A stretch of DNA of 64,000 nt from Candidatus Aenigmatarchaeota archaeon (GTDB lineage: Archaea; Aenigmatarchaeota; Aenigmatarchaeia; QMZP01), in contig JAVZYR010000001.1 in assembly GCA_038999435.1 (NCBI GenBank), forward strand, positions 1 to 64,000, read 5' to 3'. Positions 27,321-37,581 of the stretch are shown piece by piece (position 1 is the stretch's first letter; every line of letters begins with the position of its first letter). Below the pieces are notes generated by a model. The model made no database searches, was not told where the DNA came from, and was given only the letters and a program-made list of their open reading frames with translations. Both the position numbers and the translations under genes were made by a program.

Positions 27321-28916
27321 ATGGCAGAAAAAACAACTGAAGGCATAGAATATAATGGGGCTGTCAAGTCAGCAGAAGAACTCGCACGGGAACAAAGGGA
27401 GATATCAATATCAGAATTTTTTGAAAAAAACAGGCATCTTTTAGGCTATGACAACAAAACAAAAGCGCTGATGATTATTGTAAAAGAGGCGGTTGATAAT
27501 GCACTCGATGCATGTGAAGAAGCAAGGATACTCCCAGAGATTTATGTTAAGGTTGAAGAGGTTGAAGAAGAGAAATACAAGATTGTTGTAAGGGATAATG
27601 GCCCTGGCATAGTTAAAAAGAATATACCAAAAATATTTGGAACGCTTCTTTATGGTTCGAAGTTTCACAGGCTGAGGCAGAGCCGTGGTGCGCAAGGCCT
27701 TGGCATATCCTGCGCAGTGCTCTATTCACAGCTAACAACAGGCATGCCAACAGAAATACTCAGCTCAACAGGTGATGGTGTAACGCATCGCTACAAACTT
27801 AAAATAAATGTAAAAAAGAATGAGGCAGATGTGCTCGAGGAAGAAAGCATAGACATGGGAAAATGGCATGGTGTACAGATAACATTTTTTGCTGAAGGTG
27901 TATACAAAGAGCATAAGCAATCAATTTTGGAATATCTCAAACAAACAGCCATGACAAATCCCTATGCATACATCATTTTCGATGCACCGACAGGCAGAAT
28001 AGAATTTACAAGGGCTGTGGACAGCTTACCAGTTGAGGCAAAAGAGATAAATCCACATTTGCATGGTGTAGAGATTGGCATGCTTGAGAGGATGCTTCAC
28101 GATACAAAGGCAAGAAGTCTTCAGTCATTCTTTGTTACAGAATTTACAAGGGTCGGGAGTACAACTGCAAAACAGATATGCGAGAAGGCAGGTATTGACC
28201 CGAGAACATCTCCAAGACGCGTGACTGATGAACAATTAAGACAACTGATGAAAGCGATAAAAGAGACGAAACTTCTTGCACCACCTACTGATGTATTATC
28301 CCCACTTGGAGAAGAGCTTATAGAAAAAGGCATGAAAAAAGAACTTGCACCTGAATTTGTAGTTGCTGTTTCAAGGTCTCCTGCTGTTTATAGAGGTTGG
28401 CCATTCCAGATAGAGGTTGGACTGGCATATGGTGGACAAATTCAAGAAGCAAGGCTTTATAGATTTGCAAACAGGGTTCCATTACTTTACAAACAAGGTG
28501 ATTGTGCAATAACCCATGCTGTCGAGGAAATAGACTGGAAAAGATATGGTATTGAAGGTGAGATGCAGATTGGAAAGGCAGGAAGCCCACCAATTGCGAT
28601 ATTTGTGCATATATGTTCTGTTTGGGTTCCATTTACATCTGAATCAAAGGAGGCTGTTGCATCATATCCTATAATAATAAAAGAAACAAAACTTGCAATA
28701 CAGGATGCGGCAAGAAAGCTTTCTCTTTATCTTTCAGGAAAGAGAAAAGCAGAGTGGCAGAGTCAGAGGCTCAAGACATTCGAGAAGTATGCAGATGAGA
28801 CTGCCCGGGCCCTTGCAGAGCTTGTGGCAAAGCCAAAGGAAGAAATAAAAGCAATGATACTTGAAATAATAAAGAAAGGTGAATTTGTAGAGGATGAGGA
28901 AAATGGAAAAGGATAG
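27321..28916 (+). CDS. top6B: DNA topoisomerase VI subunit B
   Basis: EFFEKNRHLLG, KEAVDNALDA, DNGPGI, SRGAQGLG, RFANRVPLLY, VPFTSESKEA. Confidence 0.97.
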   Translation: MAEKTTEGIEYNGAVKSAEELAREQREISISEFFEKNRHLLGYDNKTKALMIIVKEAVDNALDACEEARILPEIYVKVEEVEEEKYKIVVRDNGPGIVKKNIPKIFGTLLYGSKFHRLRQSRGAQGLGISCAVLYSQLTTGMPTEILSSTGDGVTHRYKLKINVKKNEADVLEEESIDMGKWHGVQITFFAEGVYKEHKQSILEYLKQTAMTNPYAYIIFDAPTGRIEFTRAVDSLPVEAKEINPHLHGVEIGMLERMLHDTKARSLQSFFVTEFTRVGSTTAKQICEKAGIDPRTSPRRVTDEQLRQLMKAIKETKLLAPPTDVLSPLGEELIEKGMKKELAPEFVVAVSRSPAVYRGWPFQIEVGLAYGGQIQEARLYRFANRVPLLYKQGDCAITHAVEEIDWKRYGIEGEMQIGKAGSPPIAIFVHICSVWVPFTSESKEAVASYPIIIKETKLAIQDAARKLSLYLSGKRKAEWQSQRLKTFEKYADETARALAELVAKPKEEIKAMILEIIKKGEFVEDEENGKG

Positions 28917-30000
28917 TGTGGAAAAACCAAATGAGAAGTTGAAGAGCCTTGGCTTAGATGTGCTGAGCCAGCTTCAAGCAAAGAAAAATCCTGACATAGT
29001 CCTACCAATAAGGACACTTGGTAACATATATTTTGATGAAAAATCAAGGCTCATCATGCTTGGTGATAAAAAAGCGCACAGAACATATCTGAACGTTGCA
29101 CACACAAGAAAATTTATGCAAACATTAATGGTAGCGGCTGAGTGTAAAAAAATCATTGAGCAAGGCGTCACAACTTCGATTAGAGACCTTTATTATGCAC
29201 TAAAGAGGACAATACCTGGAACACAAGAAAATACATTCGAGGAGCAGGATGAAAGTGACCCTATCATAGAAGATTTAGAAGCAGCACTTGATGTGCTCAG
29301 GGAAACATTGCATTTGCGTGCTGATAGAAAGGGATATGCTGCAGGCCCAATAAAAATAAACGATGGAGGAGATGTCATAGATTGTACAAAGATGGGCACA
29401 TCTGGTTGGGCAATACCATCAAATGTGGAACCAGAGATTATAAAGTTTATTGAAAATAAAGCAAAATTTGTGCTTGTTATAGAGAAAGATGCAGTGTGGC
29501 AAAGGTTGAATGAGGACAAGTTTTGGCAAAAGCATAATTGCATAATAGTTACAGGAAAGGGACAGCCTGATAGAGGAACAAGAAGGCTTATCAATAGGTT
29601 GCATAACGAGCTTGGTTTACCTATCTATGTGCTTACAGATGCAGATCCATGGGGATATTATATATATTCTGTTATCAAGCAAGGTAGTATAAATCTCAGC
29701 TTCTTATCAGACAGACTTGGAACACCTGATGCAAAATTCATAGGTCTGACAACTACTGATGTAGAAGAATTTAACATACCAAAGAATGTTACAATAAAGC
29801 TTGACCAAGGAGATATAAAAAGAACTCAAGAGATGTTAAATTATATCTGGTTCAAACCAAAAGAGTGGCAGGAGGAGTTGAAAAATATGCTAAAAATTGG
29901 ATATAAGTTAGAGCTTGAAGCACTATCAGCAAAAGGAATAAAATTTATATCTGAGGTCTATCTTCCTAAAAAGATAAAAGAACAAAGATTTTTGCCTTAA
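28894..30000 (+). CDS. top6A: DNA topoisomerase VI subunit A
   Basis: SIRDLYY, IEKDAVWQRL, GKGQPDR.TR, DADPWG, ELEAL. Confidence 0.97.
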   Translation: MRKMEKDSVEKPNEKLKSLGLDVLSQLQAKKNPDIVLPIRTLGNIYFDEKSRLIMLGDKKAHRTYLNVAHTRKFMQTLMVAAECKKIIEQGVTTSIRDLYYALKRTIPGTQENTFEEQDESDPIIEDLEAALDVLRETLHLRADRKGYAAGPIKINDGGDVIDCTKMGTSGWAIPSNVEPEIIKFIENKAKFVLVIEKDAVWQRLNEDKFWQKHNCIIVTGKGQPDRGTRRLINRLHNELGLPIYVLTDADPWGYYIYSVIKQGSINLSFLSDRLGTPDAKFIGLTTTDVEEFNIPKNVTIKLDQGDIKRTQEMLNYIWFKPKEWQEELKNMLKIGYKLELEALSAKGIKFISEVYLPKKIKEQRFLP

Positions 30001-30048
30001 ATATTTTGAGAGCTGCACAAACTAATTAATAACAATTAAAAATATTTT

Positions 30049-32040
30049 ATGGCGCACACACTTGTGATTGCTGAAAAGCCAAGTGCAGCAAAAAAGATTG
30101 CTGAGGCAATAGGAAAGGCAAAAGCAGAAAGAATAGGAAAAGTGACATATTGGAGGATAAAAGGGAAAAAAGAGATAGTTGTTGTGCCTGCAGTTGGCCA
30201 TCTATTCACTCTGGTTGAAACAGGAAATCAATGGACATATCCTGTTTTTGATTTAAAATGGAGACCGATATTTGAGGCTGAAAAGGGTGCTGCTTGGACA
30301 AAACAATATTTTAATGTTATTAAACAGCTTGCAAAAGATGCCGATGAGTTTGTTGCAGCAACAGATTTTGATATCGAGGGTTCAGTGATCGCCTTTAACA
30401 TTTTGCGATTTTTATGTCAGGCTAACGATGCAAAAAGAATGAAATTTTCAACTCTAACCAAAGAAGAGCTTAACAATGCCTTTAAAAGACCAATGCCGCA
30501 TCTTGATTGGCCACAGATATGGGCTGGGCTTACAAGGCATGAGATGGATTTCTATTGGGGTATAAATCTCTCTCGGGCACTTAGCCTTTCTGTAAAAGCA
30601 GCAGGAGGCTACAAAACATTATCTATAGGTAGGGTACAAGGGCCAACCCTGAATATACTTGAAAAGCGAGAAAGAGAAATTGCAAACTTTGTTTCAAAGC
30701 CATATTGGCAGATTTTTTTGATAGCAGATGGTATAAAGGCAATGCATACAGGTGGCAACATAACATCAAAAACAAAAGCAGATGAGATTTTTAAAAAATG
30801 CAAAGGAAAGCAAGCAATTGTATCCAAAATAAAGGAAAAAAAGGTCAGCGTAGCACAGCCATGTCCTTTTAATTTAACAGATCTGCAAAGAGAGGCATAT
30901 GCAATTTTTGGTTTTTCTCCAAAAATGACACTTGATATTGCACAAGCCCTGTATGAGCAGGCACTTATCAGCTATCCAAGAACCTCAAGCCAAAAATTAC
31001 CTGATAAGATAGGATACAAAGGTATAATAGAAAACATATCAAAAATACCAGAATACAAAAAGGATGCATTAGATTTGTTAACAAAAAGGCTTAAACCAAG
31101 AGAGGGGCCAAAGACAGACCCTGCACATCCTGCAATATATCCAACAGGTTTGATACCTCATACCCTTACAACACAACAGAAAAAACTATATGACTTAATT
31201 GTCAGAAGATTTCTCTCAACATTCACAGACCCTGCAACAGCACTTTCAACTGACATTGAAATAAAAATAGACGATGAGACGTTTAAAGCAAAAGGATATA
31301 AAATAGTAGAAAAGGGATGGTTGGATGTATACAAATACACAAAGATAAAAGAGATTGAGCTACCAAAATTAAGAGAAGGTCAAATCATAACAGCCAAGAT
31401 TGAGATTGTTGAAAAGCAGACACAACCACCACCAAGATATACACAGGCATCAATATTAAAAGAAATGGAATCTTTGAGTTTGGGTACAAAAGGAACCCGT
31501 GCACTAATACTGCAAACCCTTTATGACAGGGGATATGTTGCTGAGGGCTCAATATATGTTACAGAGCTTGGAAAGGCAATAGTTTCGGCATTGGAAAAAT
31601 ACTGCCCTGATATACTTTCTGTTGACCTCACAAGACATTTTGAATCTGCCATGGAGCACATACAGGAAGGTAAAGAGAGTCCAGAAAAAATTTTAAAAGA
31701 GGCAAAGGATAAACTTGAGGAGATATTGAAAGATATTAAAAAAAGGGAAAAAGAGATAGGTCTTGTGATTATAGATGCGATAAAAAAGCTTGCAAGGACC
31801 CAGGCATATGTTGGGCAATGTGATTGCGGAGGAGAGATGGTAATAAGGAAATCGAAAAATGGAAAACGTTTTGTTGCATGTACAAAATGGCCTGCTTGTA
31901 ACAAAACATTCAATCTACCTGCCCAAGGGATGTTAACAGTAACAAAAGAAAAATGTAATTGTGGCCTTTTCATCATCAGAATTAAACAAAAAGGAAAAAG
32001 GGCCTGGAAATTATGTGTAAGATGTGGATTTAAAATATAA
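30049..32040 (+). CDS. topA: Type IA DNA topoisomerase
   Basis: IAEKPSAA, ATDFDIEG, SIGRVQGPTL, ISYPRTSS, C-terminal Zn ribbons. Confidence 0.96.
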   Translation: MAHTLVIAEKPSAAKKIAEAIGKAKAERIGKVTYWRIKGKKEIVVVPAVGHLFTLVETGNQWTYPVFDLKWRPIFEAEKGAAWTKQYFNVIKQLAKDADEFVAATDFDIEGSVIAFNILRFLCQANDAKRMKFSTLTKEELNNAFKRPMPHLDWPQIWAGLTRHEMDFYWGINLSRALSLSVKAAGGYKTLSIGRVQGPTLNILEKREREIANFVSKPYWQIFLIADGIKAMHTGGNITSKTKADEIFKKCKGKQAIVSKIKEKKVSVAQPCPFNLTDLQREAYAIFGFSPKMTLDIAQALYEQALISYPRTSSQKLPDKIGYKGIIENISKIPEYKKDALDLLTKRLKPREGPKTDPAHPAIYPTGLIPHTLTTQQKKLYDLIVRRFLSTFTDPATALSTDIEIKIDDETFKAKGYKIVEKGWLDVYKYTKIKEIELPKLREGQIITAKIEIVEKQTQPPPRYTQASILKEMESLSLGTKGTRALILQTLYDRGYVAEGSIYVTELGKAIVSALEKYCPDILSVDLTRHFESAMEHIQEGKESPEKILKEAKDKLEEILKDIKKREKEIGLVIIDAIKKLARTQAYVGQCDCGGEMVIRKSKNGKRFVACTKWPACNKTFNLPAQGMLTVTKEKCNCGLFIIRIKQKGKRAWKLCVRCGFKI

Positions 32041-32054
32041 ACCGTACAATAGAT

Positions 32055-32291
32055 ATGGGGATTAAAATTAAAAGGCCTATTTACGAATCAAAAGAAAAGT
32101 ATTTCAAAAGGATAGAAAAATGGTTTGTAATATTGTTTTCAATACTAATTATACTAATCGTTTTGTATGGTATTAACTGGTCATTTCAAAAAAGTGCATG
32201 GGAACTTGGGATATTCTTTGTAATCCTTGTTGTAATATTAATACCTATAACTATTGTTGCTATTGATATGATTACCTGGGAAGGAGAGTAG
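32055..32291 (+). CDS. Small two-TM membrane protein
   Basis: 78 aa with two hydrophobic helices. Confidence 0.6.
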   Translation: MGIKIKRPIYESKEKYFKRIEKWFVILFSILIILIVLYGINWSFQKSAWELGIFFVILVVILIPITIVAIDMITWEGE

Positions 32292-32302
32292 AGCAGTTCA
32301 GT

Positions 32303-32446
32303 CTATGCTCCAGTTATCCTGAAAACGGTTGTTCCACACTTTGGACACTTTCCCTTTACTGCCTTTTTTCCTGTTTTCAGTTTTACTTCCTTTCCATCTG
32401 CTATTTCAACCTTTTTCTTGCACTTTACGCAATAACCTTGTACCAT
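32303..32446 (-). CDS. 47-aa basic Zn-ribbon protein (DUF5679-like), absent from the ORF track
   Basis: Translated by hand: MVQGYCVKCKKKVEIADGKEVKLKTGKKAVKGKCPKCGTTVFRITGA; SD aggaggt upstream. Confidence 0.85.
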   Translation of the reverse strand: MVQGYCVKCKKKVEIADGKEVKLKTGKKAVKGKCPKCGTTVFRITGA

Positions 32447-32497
32447 TTTGACCTCCTTTTTTTATTATTTTTATTTTATATCCCTTTATAAATAAAA

Positions 32498-32713
32498 ATG
32501 GCAAAGCTTGCATTCTCAACTTTTAAACAGATTCTGAAGGAGGCATCAAAAGGGATAAGGGTTTCAAAAAATGCAAACATTGCATTTATAGAACATATGG
32601 AATCTTATGCAAAATCTATAGCAAAGGAAGCTGCAGAGCTTGCACGTCATGCTGGTCGAAAGACGATAACAGAGGATGACATAAAATTTATTCTAAAAAA
32701 GAGAAAGGAATAG
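32498..32713 (+). CDS. Archaeal histone
   Basis: Histone fold: RVSKNA...IAKEAAELARHAGRKTITEDDI. Confidence 0.93.
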   Translation: MAKLAFSTFKQILKEASKGIRVSKNANIAFIEHMESYAKSIAKEAAELARHAGRKTITEDDIKFILKKRKE

Positions 32714-32714
32714 C

Positions 32715-33305
32715 TTATCTTGCACCCTCTGCTTCCTTTTCTATCCTTTGTCTTTCTCTTATCGCAAAACATTTTTGGTCATTTTGATATGCTGCAATTA
32801 TTTCTTCTGCTATCGCCTCTGCAAGTGTTTTCTTCTTTCTGAAACAGCTTGAATATACACCTTGTGCAAGATGGCGAAGTGCTAAGTCGAGCCGTCTTTG
32901 TGGTGATACTACAACCGCCTTTCTCGCTATTATACCACCAAGCCTATATGCTGCTATTTCTTCAACAATGGCTGAATTCTCTATTGCTTTTATAAATATC
33001 TGAACAGGGTTTGCCTTTAACCTTTTTTCTATAATCTCAAATGCCTCTTTTGTTGAAAGGTAAATATTTTGGATATTTGCAGGGCAGTGCCCAGATGTAA
33101 TTTTATGTTTCTTTCCACGATGGCCTGGGACCATAAGCTTATTCATAAATCTTTCAACAATATTAACCCTTTCTTTGTGTAGGTTAGGTATCCATCTCCC
33201 TCCAGTCCTTGGAACAATAATCGGCTTAAGATTTATGTATTTTTTCAATCCTAAATCTTCAACCTTAACATCCTTTGTATCCCATCTATTAAAAAGCAGA
33301 ATCAT
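32715..33305 (-). CDS. rps7: 30S ribosomal protein S7
   Basis: LFNRWD...[10 protein letters not shown]...[12 protein letters not shown]. Confidence 0.95.
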   Translation of the reverse strand: MILLFNRWDTKDVKVEDLGLKKYINLKPIIVPRTGGRWIPNLHKERVNIVERFMNKLMVPGHRGKKHKITSGHCPANIQNIYLSTKEAFEIIEKRLKANPVQIFIKAIENSAIVEEIAAYRLGGIIARKAVVVSPQRRLDLALRHLAQGVYSSCFRKKKTLAEAIAEEIIAAYQNDQKCFAIRERQRIEKEAEGAR

Positions 33306-33730
33306 GCCCCACCTTTAGGTTTCTCTTTTTTACCTTTCAATATCTCAGAAAGAGCAACGCCATTGACCGCAATAACCTTATATTTCACACCATGCATCGA
33401 ACCAACAGCCCCACCCTGTGATGCACCAAGGCCCTCAATGATGACCTCATCATGCTCATCTATATGTTGTATTGCACCTGTTTTTGGCACAACAGCCGTT
33501 ACTTGTATGCCATTTTTTAACAACTGACATCTTACAGCCTTAATTATACCTGAATGTGGCTGCTTTTGTTCTATACCTCTTTTTTTAAGAACGATTGCCC
33601 TTCCTTGTGGTGCACCTTCAAGAGGATCAAGGGCCCAGAGTTTGAGAAGCTTCTTCTTTTTTGCACGAGAGTTCCATCTAAACTTTTTCCTCTTTCTCTT
33701 CAGATTTCGTGCTGAAAACAGCCCGCTCAT
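33302..33730 (-). CDS. rps12: 30S ribosomal protein S12
   Basis: [34 protein letters not shown]; divergent KQPHSG and GSMHGV. Confidence 0.95.
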   Translation of the reverse strand: MSGLFSARNLKRKRKKFRWNSRAKKKKLLKLWALDPLEGAPQGRAIVLKKRGIEQKQPHSGIIKAVRCQLLKNGIQVTAVVPKTGAIQHIDEHDEVIIEGLGASQGGAVGSMHGVKYKVIAVNGVALSEILKGKKEKPKGGA

Positions 33731-33765
33731 ATATTCTTCTTATAAATTTATTTATTAATAATGTT

Positions 33766-34194
33766 ATGCAAGAACAAAAATATCCAGAACCAACCTGTGG
33801 GGCATTGATTTTTAATCCAGAAGGCAGAATACTTTTGATAAAATCATATAAGTGGAAGAATAAATATACAATACCTGGCGGACATATTGAACTTGGAGAG
33901 AAGATTAAAGATACCCTAAAAAGAGAGATAAAAGAAGAGACTGGACTGAATATTCATGACATAAAATTCATCTGCTTTCATGAATTTATTTATGGTAAGG
34001 AATTTTGGAAGAAAAAGCATTTTATCTTTCTTGACTTTGCATGTAAAACAAAATCAAAAAATGTCAGGCTCAATTCAGAGGGACAGGGGTTTGTGTGGGT
34101 CACGCTGAGCAAAGCATTAAAAATGCCAATTGATTCTTATACAAGGAAAACAATAAAAGAATATTTAAAAAAAGCCAAATCTAAAATGCTATAA
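33766..34194 (+). CDS. NUDIX hydrolase
   Basis: Nudix box PGGHIELGE.....LKREIKEETGL; likely start ATG 33766. Confidence 0.9.
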   Translation: MQEQKYPEPTCGALIFNPEGRILLIKSYKWKNKYTIPGGHIELGEKIKDTLKREIKEETGLNIHDIKFICFHEFIYGKEFWKKKHFIFLDFACKTKSKNVRLNSEGQGFVWVTLSKALKMPIDSYTRKTIKEYLKKAKSKML

Positions 34195-34392
34195 CAACTT
34201 TCTTCTCGTTGCAACAGCAACAGATATCCAGCAAAGCCCTCCAAGTAATACGAGAAGGAATGCAATTGCCAAAGCAAGCATATACGAGGTTGTTGAAACA
34301 CCAACTGTCATTTCAAGCCTCTGTGTAATCCATATCGCTGCCAGCAGAAATATTGAGCCAATAATCCATACAGCCACAAGTTTTCCTGACAT
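34189..34392 (-). CDS. Small two-TM membrane protein
   Basis: 67 aa, two hydrophobic helices, directly downstream of rpoD. Confidence 0.65.
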   Translation of the reverse strand: MSGKLVAVWIIGSIFLLAAIWITQRLEMTVGVSTTSYMLALAIAFLLVLLGGLCWISVAVATRRKLL

Positions 34393-34393
34393 A

Positions 34394-35158
34394 TTAAGCT
34401 TTGGAGAGAAGCTTTTTAAATTCTTCTGCCTTTCCTATCAGTATCTCAGCAGCCTTTTTCACTATGTAATCAGGCTCAAGCCCTGATACGGATTCTATCC
34501 TGAATATGAATTTGCTCTCATCACCTTTTATGTTAATTTCTGGTTCGCATGCCCTACACATATCACATTTTACAGGGTCTTTTAACAAAACCTTTTTTCC
34601 ACTAACTTCTAAAATATCTTTTGGACATTTCTTTGCAGCTTTATCTGCCCCCTCACCTGTTTTAGCAATCTCAGGCCAATACTGATATCCAACTATTGCT
34701 GCCTGATGCCTAGCATGTTCTTTTCCTATACCAAGCCTTGCTACAGCTTCTAATCTTATACTTTGTCCTTCAAGAAGTTCAACAATTGGAAAATCTGGAC
34801 TAAGTGGTTTAACTGTTTTGTTTGAAGATATCATATCACCAGAATAAACAGTGCAAGGGCCACGCTTTTCTATTATAAATGAAACCTGGCATAAACTACA
34901 TCCTTTCCCACCACATTTACATTCTTCAGAAAAATTAAATTTTTCCGGATCTGCTATAAGAGGTATAAGGCCTATTCTATGCGCTATCATTTCATCAAAG
35001 AGTATTGAAGTATTTTCATGTACATCTATCCATTTCACAGCTAGCACAGGAATCTCAGATTGCATGATTCTTCTCAATGCATTTGCAAAGGCAGGACTTG
35101 ACCCTTCTAAAATAAATGTCAGCTTCTTTCCATCCTTTTTAACCATTTTAATTTTCAT
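34394..35158 (-). CDS. rpoD: RNA polymerase subunit D (Rpo3)
   Basis: FANALRR, ENTSILFDEMIAHRIGLIPL, GKEHARHQ, Cys-rich Fe-S-type segment. Confidence 0.95.
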   Translation of the reverse strand: MKIKMVKKDGKKLTFILEGSSPAFANALRRIMQSEIPVLAVKWIDVHENTSILFDEMIAHRIGLIPLIADPEKFNFSEECKCGGKGCSLCQVSFIIEKRGPCTVYSGDMISSNKTVKPLSPDFPIVELLEGQSIRLEAVARLGIGKEHARHQAAIVGYQYWPEIAKTGEGADKAAKKCPKDILEVSGKKVLLKDPVKCDMCRACEPEINIKGDESKFIFRIESVSGLEPDYIVKKAAEILIGKAEEFKKLLSKA

Positions 35159-35159
35159 A

Positions 35160-35552
35160 TCAATATCTTATCAATTTCAATTCAGCATTAAAATATTTTT
35201 CAACAATCTCTTTTGCTATTTGTGCCCTTTTCCCGCTCACAGGATATTCAACATATGCAGTGATCACATTTTTATCCATCTCTAATTGTTTAACATAAGG
35301 TATCATACCTTTTATTGTTTTCTCTACATCTTTTTCTATCCCAATAATTTGTACAGGTCTATTGATGATCTTTGATAAGGTTTTGATATTCATTCCATTT
35401 TTTCCTGTTATTGTGCCAATTTTTTTCCCATCAACCAGAAAATAGACACATTCATCTTTTGTTATGCAATCTATCGGGTGATTTTTGGTTATTTTTTCAA
35501 ATGAAACAATGTTTCTAAATTCTTCAGTTGAGAGCTTTTTTGCTACTTGCAT
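35160..35552 (-). CDS. nusA: Archaeal NusA-like KH protein
   Basis: FEKIT...IDC, IGTITGKNGMNIK KH motif; follows L30e. Confidence 0.75.
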   Translation of the reverse strand: MQVAKKLSTEEFRNIVSFEKITKNHPIDCITKDECVYFLVDGKKIGTITGKNGMNIKTLSKIINRPVQIIGIEKDVEKTIKGMIPYVKQLEMDKNVITAYVEYPVSGKRAQIAKEIVEKYFNAELKLIRY

Positions 35553-35806
35553 ATTCCCACCATTAATGTGCTGAATGGTTTTCCACAGATTTGACCTAAT
35601 CTCTTTGAATCACCATCAAATGCAACAATTTTTATTTTTGATATTTTTGCATAATAATTTAAATTTTTAACAACATCCTCAGGGCAGTTTTTTGCATAAA
35701 ATATCTCCTCTATCTTACCTCTTTTCGCCATTTTAAAAACTATTTTGCTGCCTATACATATATTTCCTTTTTTCACTGCTTGCAAAATCTCTTTTTCAAT
35801 AGACAT
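35543..35806 (-). CDS. rpl30e: 50S ribosomal protein L30e
   Basis: GNICIGSK, AKNCP, LGQICGKPF; likely start 35806. Confidence 0.9.
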   Translation of the reverse strand: MSIEKEILQAVKKGNICIGSKIVFKMAKRGKIEEIFYAKNCPEDVVKNLNYYAKISKIKIVAFDGDSKRLGQICGKPFSTLMVGICK

Positions 35807-36182
35807 AACCAAGTAGAACACCACCTGTACCTTTTTTCTTAGCATCATTATGGGTCATTACCCCATTCGGTGTACTTATTATGAGTATGCCTATGTTTGC
35901 TGCTGGCAGATATCTTTTTTCGAATTTTATTATTTCATTCTTAGAAGCAGAAAACCTTGGCCTTATTGCACCACAATTATTTATTTTTCCAGAAAGTTTT
36001 ATCCTTAACAGTCCACTTTTTCCGTCTTCTATGAATGTGACATCTGATATGTATTTTTCTTTTTGCATTATTTTCAGTATTGCTTTTGCAAGATTCGAAG
36101 CAGGGATTATGCATTCCTTTTTACCCATCGCTTCCGCATTTCTTATTATTGTGAACATATCAGATATCAAATCGTGTTTCAT
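35796..36182 (-). CDS. rps8: 30S ribosomal protein S8
   Basis: D.ISDMFTIIRNAE, INNCGAIRPRF, STPNGVMTH, GGVLLGYVY; likely start 36182. Confidence 0.95.
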   Translation of the reverse strand: MKHDLISDMFTIIRNAEAMGKKECIIPASNLAKAILKIMQKEKYISDVTFIEDGKSGLLRIKLSGKINNCGAIRPRFSASKNEIIKFEKRYLPAANIGILIISTPNGVMTHNDAKKKGTGGVLLGYVY

Positions 36183-36183
36183 A

Positions 36184-36405
36184 TTACTGATATTTTTTAA
36201 ACCCAAGTTTTTCTGCAACCTCCCTAAAGCATTGTCTACAATAATTAAGGCCGTATTTTCTCACAACACCTCTCGTTTTTCCACAAATCTTGCATGGATG
36301 TACAGATTTTCCAAACTTCCTTTTTTTCGGTGAGCAAAATTTATCAAACCTTGCCAATTTTACCGGCTTCTCTTTTAACTGATTTCTTATTTCTTCTCTT
36401 GTCAT
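36184..36405 (-). CDS. rps14: 30S ribosomal protein S14 (Zn type)
   Basis: CKICG...[20 protein letters not shown]. Confidence 0.95.
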   Translation of the reverse strand: MTREEIRNQLKEKPVKLARFDKFCSPKKRKFGKSVHPCKICGKTRGVVRKYGLNYCRQCFREVAEKLGFKKYQ

Positions 36406-36908
36406 ACTATTCTAACACCGAGATTTGTTTTAACCCAATTTATTGTATCCTCTTTTGTTATCATATGTCTTTTGCCTATTTTTTTCTTTTTAATTTTTCT
36501 CATTTTTATTCTAAAACCCGGCCTTTTTAAAGTCACACAAACATCCATCCCAAGAAGGCCTATTTCAGGTATATATCGAACACCAGGTATGTGAACATAT
36601 TCTTTAACACCAAATGAAAAATTCCCAGCATCAAATTGCGTTGCAGAGAGTTTATTATCATTTGCTTGCAAGAATCTTTTTAACCATTCCATTGCTTCCT
36701 TTCCTCTCAATGTAACCTTTACACCTATTGGCCTTCCTTTAGCCATGCCAAATGTGGTTCTTTTTTTTGTTTTTGTTATAACAACTTTTTTACCTATTAT
36801 TTTTTCAAGTAAGGTTTTTGCCTTCTCAAGTTTTGGCCCTGCCTCTCCTGCGCCTATGTTAATTGTTACCTTTTCCAGTCTTATCTCCCGCATCGGATTT
36901 TCTTCCAT
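36402..36908 (-). CDS. rpl5: 50S ribosomal protein L5
   Basis: [31 protein letters not shown]. Confidence 0.96.
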   Translation of the reverse strand: MEENPMREIRLEKVTINIGAGEAGPKLEKAKTLLEKIIGKKVVITKTKKRTTFGMAKGRPIGVKVTLRGKEAMEWLKRFLQANDNKLSATQFDAGNFSFGVKEYVHIPGVRYIPEIGLLGMDVCVTLKRPGFRIKMRKIKKKKIGKRHMITKEDTINWVKTNLGVRIV

Positions 36909-37581
36909 GTTCGCCTCCTAAAACCAATACGTATTCCTTAAGCGTTTCTATACTTTCATTTTGGCTCTTTATTTTAACAGTAGAAACCTGAGTCAAGTCT
37001 TTCCTTTCTTTAATACTCTCTATTTTTCCTTTGGTTCCTATATTTTTACCAGATATGATAATTGCTGTCTGACCTTTTTCAAAAGGATAATGGTCTAATA
37101 TCTTTTGTTCAGGTATTGATATGAGAAGGCTATCCCCTGTTTTGTATTTTTTGTCTTTAACTAAAATATTTCGACCATCATGTAGGTTAAGTTGGATAAG
37201 ACCTCCCTTTACATTTTTCTTTCCTATTATTTTGCATATCTTTGTTTCAGCATCTTTCTTTCCTATTTTTTCAAGTTCATATCCTCTTTTCCCAGGTACT
37301 ACGCGATAAATACCAAAACCTTCTATATCAATTACATCCATAAGCCCAACAGGAAATGCTGGCTCTTTTCTAACCTTTCCATCAATCTTTACCTTGCCCT
37401 CTTTAATGATTTTTTTTGCCTCTTTTGCTGTATCAGCAATACCAAATTTATCCCTTAATATAATCTGAAGAGGGAGACATGCATGGGCAGGATGGGGCCC
37501 TGGCTTAGGTCTTACGACCCAAGTATATGGCTTAACGGGTAATCTCCACTCAATCGGCATTGCATATCTTTTGAGTCTCAT
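36859..37581 (-). CDS. rps4e: 30S ribosomal protein S4e
   Basis: LKR.A.P..W, PGPH, FPVGLMDVI, QLNLHDGRNI. Confidence 0.95.
   Translation of the reverse strand: MRLKRYAMPIEWRLPVKPYTWVVRPKPGPHPAHACLPLQIILRDKFGIADTAKEAKKIIKEGKVKIDGKVRKEPAFPVGLMDVIDIEGFGIYRVVPGKRGYELEKIGKKDAETKICKIIGKKNVKGGLIQLNLHDGRNILVKDKKYKTGDSLLISIPEQKILDHYPFEKGQTAIIISGKNIGTKGKIESIKERKDLTQVSTVKIKSQNESIETLKEYVLVLGGEHGRKSDAGDKTGKGNN

Noticed and set aside
36859..36908. 50-bp overlap of rps4e with rpl5 as a frameshift
   Set aside because: Both proteins are complete; it is just a C-terminal extension across the rpl5 SD and start
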